This document shows positions 7,202-10,882 of a stretch of 10,882 nucleotides of DNA, in pieces. The stretch comes from a virus. Each line of letters opens with the position of its first letter. The stretch's first letter is position 1. Both the position numbers and the translations under genes were made by a program. Where the stretch lies: UHGV virus genome UHGV-1704817. One strand, written 5' to 3'. The notes under the pieces are model-generated. The model did no database searches, was not told the DNA's origin, and saw nothing but the letters and a program-made list of their open reading frames with translations.

Positions 7202-8287
7202 TTACGTTTGACTAACCAAATAGTACTGGGTTAGATACCTAAGGTTGTCATTCTTTGCTTGTAGCATAGCATTTTTAACGTCAGTATCGGTCGGATACCC
7301 ATCTGCTTGGATAGGCACCATCTTCTTTACCGTAAGAACTTCGTCTACAAGACTTTTCTTCTTTTTATCGCCCTGAGCAACAACATTTGCTTTCTCAAAA
7401 GTTAAACGACCATCACCACCAGGGAACTTTTCTAGCATCTCCTTAAGGCTTTTTTTAACGTCATCCTCAAGCCATCCCTTTGCTTTTCTTTTTAATGGAG
7501 AATGTCCGCGTAACGAAATAGTCAGGTGGCTTGAACTGGTGCCTCTGATCATCTCAATCATCTGATTCGCGAACATTCCATCGAGTTGATACTGTGCGGC
7601 ATTGAAGTTTCTTGGGATGGCCACAGAAATCTCGCAGCTTCTTAGATTGGATCCAGTTTCGAGTAGTTCTTTGATGCTTTCTTCTTTCCAAATGGCTTCA
7701 AAAGAAACAGGGACTCCGCGATCACTGGAGTTGAAAAGAAGGAAGGCTAAGTCACTATGGCGTGGACCTAAATGATTTAAAGACAATACTAGAATGTCTG
7801 TCTGAGGATAATAAATAAAGTATGTACGTTCTGAAAGAGTCTTTGCCCCGGCTAGAGGGATTTTCTCTTCCACCCACTCTTTATCTGTAATATATGCCAG
7901 TGTTGCGCTTTTTCTTCTTCGAGACATGAATCCGAAGTAGGAGCCATCCTCGGGTGAGATGTCTAGAAAATGAATTTTAAGTTCTCTTTCACCAAAGTCT
8001 GCATAGTGGGTCATCTTGAAGTCTTTAGAACACCGATCATACAGATTTTTAAAGGCCTCTGCGGTTAACCCCTTGTTACTAGTGCGAATATTCTCAGAGC
8101 TTGTGTAAAAGCCCACCCTTACAGATTTCAAACTTTGATCTTTTGGTGCCACAGTCATTTGAGCTCCATTGTACTCTGCGATAGTTTTTGCACACCTTGA
8201 AATCAAAATCTCCATGTCAGTCACGAGAAAATAACTATGGATGAAACCCATCAAAGGCATTGAATACAGGTGGCTTTTGAGAATCAT
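7202..8287 (-). CDS. Hypothetical soluble protein (361 aa), first gene of a two-gene operon with the downstream membrane protein; candidate sensor/enzymatic component of a defence or abortive-infection module
   Basis: Long minus-strand ORF with AGG(T) about 5 nt upstream of ATG 8287. A sampled 60-bp stretch (7441-7500) is 38% GC, against roughly 50% by eye for the phage late genes. No Walker A or other catalytic motif recognised by eye. Preceded by a 487-bp AT-rich divergent control region. Confidence 0.8.
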   Translation of the reverse strand: MILKSHLYSMPLMGFIHSYFLVTDMEILISRCAKTIAEYNGAQMTVAPKDQSLKSVRVGFYTSSENIRTSNKGLTAEAFKNLYDRCSKDFKMTHYADFGERELKIHFLDISPEDGSYFGFMSRRRKSATLAYITDKEWVEEKIPLAGAKTLSERTYFIYYPQTDILVLSLNHLGPRHSDLAFLLFNSSDRGVPVSFEAIWKEESIKELLETGSNLRSCEISVAIPRNFNAAQYQLDGMFANQMIEMIRGTSSSHLTISLRGHSPLKRKAKGWLEDDVKKSLKEMLEKFPGGDGRLTFEKANVVAQGDKKKKSLVDEVLTVKKMVPIQADGYPTDTDVKNAMLQAKNDNLRYLTQYYLVSQT

Positions 8288-8637
8288 CCTAACCTGGTGA
8301 CGGTGGTTCGCATATCCTGATGGATGATCAGTGATTAATCAATGCGCCAAGCAGATGTGTCTATGTGTTTGTTAATCATTGCATGACAGTAGATCGACAT
8401 GGGAGATCACGTTATATAGTTGAATTGTTAGGATATCCATGCACCGATCAACTGACTAGGCTGATGTGCTTTTTAGCAGGTGCCATATAGTAGTTAGGCG
8501 GTTCTGTGAAATGATTACTGTTCCAGCATAACTGCGGCATAAAGCGGTGCTATATAAGCTATTTGCTGGCGGATTTAGTCTTCACCGTTAATATATGTAG
8601 TGACTATTTGACAGAGTGTTAGTTCACGGACACTTTT

Positions 8638-8670
8638 TGTTGGTTCAAAATGAGTTGATGTTGGTTCAAT
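8638..8670. repeat. Two copies of TGTTGGTTCAA (reverse complement of TTGAACCAACA) spaced 21 bp apart; putative regulator-binding sites
   Basis: TGTTGGTTCAA at 8638-8648 and 8659-8669, start-to-start spacing 21 bp (two helical turns). Inverted relative to the tandem array at 8712-8738. Confidence 0.65.
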
Positions 8671-8711
8671 ATTTTAGAAAAAACACAATAAAAACAACGC
8701 TCTTTACAAAT

Positions 8712-8738
8712 TGAACCAACTGAACCAACTGAACCAAC
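8712..8738. repeat. Three perfect tandem copies of TGAACCAAC (iteron/operator-like) immediately upstream of the PerC-like gene promoter region
   Basis: TGAACCAAC at 8712-8720, 8721-8729 and 8730-8738 with no spacer, ending 17 bp before TATAAT (8756-8761). Confidence 0.7.
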
Positions 8739-8774
8739 ACCTTTTTGCTTATCTATATAATCTGAGAGGCAGAA

Positions 8775-9056
8775 ATGATAAGGGACAGGAAAGCTGAAGA
8801 GCTGGAGTCAAAAGGGCTATACCGGAGAGCTGCCGCACGATGGATGGAAGTCATGCTGTTATGCACCGAGGACGATGATCGGGAATGGATAAAGCGCCGC
8901 CGTGAAACGTGTCTGGAGAACGTGAAGCGCCCGCCCGTGAAGGTTGAGGAATTTGGCGACCTGCATAAAGCTGTTACCGAAACGCAACACCGCATGGGGA
9001 TAGCGCAACCGAACGGTAACGCCTTCCGGTTAAATGGCGGCAAGAGGCAAAGGTAG
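8775..9056 (+). CDS. PerC-family-like small transcriptional regulator (prophage-encoded, Pch/PerC-type)
   Basis: 93-aa ORF with SD GAGAGG 5 nt upstream. The N-terminal motif AEELESKGLYRRAAARWMEVMLL matches the LE..G(L/W).RRAA.RW signature I recall for PerC/Pch proteins; this is from memory, not alignment. Basic C-terminus. GC is higher than in the flanking cargo. Confidence 0.6.
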   Translation: MIRDRKAEELESKGLYRRAAARWMEVMLLCTEDDDREWIKRRRETCLENVKRPPVKVEEFGDLHKAVTETQHRMGIAQPNGNAFRLNGGKRQR

Positions 9057-9094
9057 ACCACCAGAGGGAAATCATCCTCTGGCTGGCGGTTTCT

Positions 9095-9123
9095 GGTATT
9101 TCGGGACAAGTACGCGCACGCGT
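9095..9123 (+). repeat. Copy 3 of the GACAAGTACGC repeat family
   Basis: GGTATTTCGG-GACAAGTACGC-GCACGCGT, with the 11-mer at 9105-9115, 49 bp downstream of the PerC-like stop and in the same reading frame as that gene. Confidence 0.7.
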
Positions 9124-9228
9124 AGCACCCAATCGGTGAGGAAATAGCGGCGACCTGAATGGTCAAAATCACAACGCAGCTATCCCCGTAAGCATCGCTT
9201 AACGGAATAGCAGTAACCTGAATCCAGT

Positions 9229-9293
9229 GGGGAGGGGGTAGTCAAATCTCTACAGGCCTGACTATCCGGGACTGCCCGCCCCATCGTTTTTTT
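9229..9293 (+). terminator. Putative Rho-independent terminator (GC-rich imperfect stem plus T7 tract)
   Basis: GGGGAGGG (9229-9236) can pair with CCCGCCCC (9275-9282), giving 7 GC pairs and one mismatch around an internal CGGG-actg-CCCG hairpin (9267-9278). It is followed by ATCG and TTTTTTT (9287-9293). The structure is non-canonical, hence low confidence. Confidence 0.35.
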
Positions 9294-9353
9294 ATACCCG
9301 CGAAAAATGAAATTTAATCCGGGCGTGTTTCATCCTTCCAGAGGGTATGACGT

Positions 9354-9539
9354 ATGACACCACGCGAAATAGCCTTATTGACCATCGCCAAACTTGAGCA
9401 CGGAGGCCACCAGCTTACACAGGCAGATCAACGGGAGATAGAACGATCAGTTAATGCCGATATAGCCCGGCGCGACAGGTTCCGCGAAATGATGCGAGCA
9501 CCTGCCTACCAGTGGAAGAAGCCAGCGCCGCGCAGGTAG
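9354..9539 (+). CDS. Small hypothetical protein (61 aa), predicted helical and basic
   Basis: ATG preceded by GAGGG with 8-nt spacing, located just after the putative terminator, suggesting its own transcription unit. No recognisable family motif. Confidence 0.45.
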   Translation: MTPREIALLTIAKLEHGGHQLTQADQREIERSVNADIARRDRFREMMRAPAYQWKKPAPRR

Positions 9540-9659
9540 ATATGGGATTATTCCACATGTAACTTATGCGTATTAAGCAAATTTCCTTTATTCACCTTTA
9601 CAGAATTGTGAGTACGTCAGTATCGTTATCCTTCCGATTCGCATTTATTCAGGATTTGC

Positions 9660-10202
9660 ATGTACCAGCTAAAGATAACCATCCGAGACAGCAAACCACC
9701 TATATGGCGGCGTGTGCTGGTTCCAGAGCAAATCCCCTTTAGTAAACTTCATGCCGTGATCCAGTTAGCTTTTGGCTGGAATGACGAACACCTGTATATG
9801 TTCGAGAAAGGGCGTAAAGGTGATCCAGGTAGCGAGTATCGCGTATGGGGTGAGGATGAAAGCATGGGTAACGCGGCAATCACGCCACTATGGGCGGCGC
9901 TCCAGAATGAGGGTGACAAGCTGGTTTACACGTATGACTTTGGCGACTGGTGGGATTGCGTCATTGTGCTGGAGAAGCAAACACACGATACGAGTAATCA
10001 GCCCATTAGCTGCCTGCGTGGGAAAGGCACCACCCCGGCGGAAAACTCAGGCGGCTTGCATGGTTACAATGAATTGCTATTACAGGCCAGAGAGTCTGAT
10101 AATCCTGAGCAGGCCGAGATCCACAATTTCCTGATGCTGGATATTGAACGCCGGGTTTACGACCTGAGCCGCATCAACGACAGATTGCAGGCTATTAACT
10201 GA
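9660..10202 (+). CDS. PRiA4_ORF3-like (plasmid pRiA4b ORF-3 / MM3350-like domain) protein
   Basis: 180-aa ORF with AGGA 5 nt upstream. The N-terminus YQLKITIRDSKPPIWRRVLVPEQIPFSKLHAVIQLAFGW matches the hallmark of this family (YQLK..L....PPIWRR..VP......LH..IQ...GW) from memory. Confidence 0.7.
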   Translation: MYQLKITIRDSKPPIWRRVLVPEQIPFSKLHAVIQLAFGWNDEHLYMFEKGRKGDPGSEYRVWGEDESMGNAAITPLWAALQNEGDKLVYTYDFGDWWDCVIVLEKQTHDTSNQPISCLRGKGTTPAENSGGLHGYNELLLQARESDNPEQAEIHNFLMLDIERRVYDLSRINDRLQAIN

Positions 10203-10554
10203 CCCGCATGTATTCACCTGATATTGAGTTATCAGCGCCGCCAGTATCGCGCATAACAGCACAATGACCGGGTAAACCGTAACGCACGACCGTTGCGTTA
10301 GTCTCACCGCCGCGCCGTATCTGGCGCGATTCATACACTGTCACCCGCTCAAGCAGTCCACCAGCAACCATGCTTTCCAGTGTGCGCCGGGTTGATTCGA
10401 GCTGGTGACGCTTATCGAACGACACCATGCCATGAAGCAGGTAGGCCACACCCGACACATCGAACGGCGGCGCACCACTCTCACCAGTCACCCATTCGAG
10501 GTTATCCGGTTCAAAGTAGCTAAGTATCTCTTTTTTGCGGCTGGTCATTCTCAT
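10195..10554 (-). CDS. Hypothetical protein, putative winged-helix DNA-binding protein; convergent with and overlapping the 3' end of the PRiA4_ORF3-like gene by 8 bp
   Basis: 119-aa minus-strand ORF with AAGGAA 13 nt upstream of the ATG. Segment RRTLESMVAGGLLERVTVYESRQIRRGG resembles a recognition helix plus wing (GLLER followed by a beta-hairpin) of wHTH regulators. GC-rich relative to the cargo. Confidence 0.5.
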   Translation of the reverse strand: MRMTSRKKEILSYFEPDNLEWVTGESGAPPFDVSGVAYLLHGMVSFDKRHQLESTRRTLESMVAGGLLERVTVYESRQIRRGGETNATVVRYGLPGHCAVMRDTGGADNSISGEYMRVS

Positions 10555-10703
10555 GGCTGGTTGATTCCTTATTGTGGGATAGCACTATCATACAATAAGT
10601 GGGTTAAAGGGAGAGCGTTACCGCCTGATATGCTGTATGAATAACAACCAAATTTCAGGGGCGGAAAAAGATATGGGGGTACTTTTGGGGGTATCTATAA
10701 AAA

Positions 10704-10882
10704 ATGAACAATAAAAAAGGCAACAAAAACAAAGCTTATCGCCTATGTGTATTGTTCCTATTATCGCACCATTTAAATCAAGTAGTTACCCCATATTTAA
10801 ATACACCACGTTTCCTCCTGTGCCGTATTTGTGCCATTGTAACCCTGGCAATTAATCAAAATACTGTTCTGACATCAGGCAA
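10704..10882 (+). CDS. Possible 5' end of a gene running off the window (59 codons open, Lys/Asn-rich N-terminus then a hydrophobic stretch); very tentative
   Basis: ATG at 10704 is open to the window end in frame (MNNKKGNKNKAYRLCVLFLLSHHL...). There is no good SD and the region is AT-rich, so this may simply be open frame in intergenic DNA. Confidence 0.15.
   Translation, partial: MNNKKGNKNKAYRLCVLFLLSHHLNQVVTPYLNTPRFLLCRICAIVTLAINQNTVLTSG

Larger units (their letters stand above)
8288..8774. promoter_or_regulatory. Divergent AT-rich intergenic control region between the minus-strand two-gene operon and the plus-strand PerC-like gene
   Basis: 487 bp non-coding and AT-rich. Contains a TTGACA hexamer (8608-8613), a TATAAT hexamer (8756-8761) and SD GAGAGG (8764-8769) before ATG 8775, plus five copies of a 9-mer operator-like repeat. 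Exact promoters cannot be assigned from sequence alone. Confidence 0.5.

Noticed and set aside
8712-8738. Possible CRISPR array or minisatellite (tandem TGAACCAAC)
   Set aside because: Only three 9-bp units with no spacers, and two inverted copies nearby. Repeats are far shorter than CRISPR repeats and no cas genes are present. Better explained as operator/iteron-like binding sites.
8753-9172. 139-codon minus-strand ORF antisense to the PerC-like gene
   Set aside because: Shadow ORF in a GC-richer region with no RBS. The plus-strand gene has a strong SD and a recognisable family motif.
9772-10134. 120-codon plus-strand ORF in an alternative frame inside the PRiA4_ORF3-like gene
   Set aside because: Fully nested out-of-frame within a gene carrying a clear family signature. 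Arg/Ser-rich composition is typical of frame-shifted translation of GC-richer DNA.
10080-10644. ORFs 10080-10334 (minus) and 10405-10644 (plus)
   Set aside because: Both overlap the better-supported 119-aa minus-strand gene or the PRiA4_ORF3-like gene in alternative frames; no RBS.
1-10882. Insertion sequence, transposon or integrase signatures
   Set aside because: No transposase- or integrase-like ORF and no terminal inverted repeats bracketing a transposase were seen. Cargo boundaries look like recombination scars rather than IS ends.

Overview
This window looks like the right end of a podovirus-type (P22-like gene order) prophage late operon in an enterobacterial genome, followed by about 5.7 kb of accessory cargo. 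Positions 1-5104 carry four translationally coupled plus-strand genes: a 5'-truncated virion gene, then 225-aa, 439-aa and ~906-aa proteins that match the gp7/gp20/gp16-style DNA-ejection set by order and size; the last has a clear N-terminal lytic transglycosylase (SLT) motif set and a C-terminal glycine-zipper segment. No tailspike gene follows. Instead, composition drops to AT-rich at ~5105 and the cargo contains: a lipoprotein gene; a degenerate region carrying two copies of a diverged repeat with a conserved 11-mer GACAAGTACGC; a minus-strand two-gene operon (361-aa soluble protein plus 145-aa four-helix membrane protein) that I consider the best candidate for an undescribed anti-phage or abortive-infection module; a 487-bp AT-rich divergent control region with five copies of the 9-mer TGAACCAAC; a PerC-like small regulator gene followed by the third GACAAGTACGC copy; a 61-aa ORF; a PRiA4_ORF3-like gene; and a convergent, overlapping 119-aa putative winged-helix gene. 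No tRNA, rRNA, CRISPR array, integrase or transposase was seen. All family assignments rest on motif recognition and gene order by eye; no database search was run.
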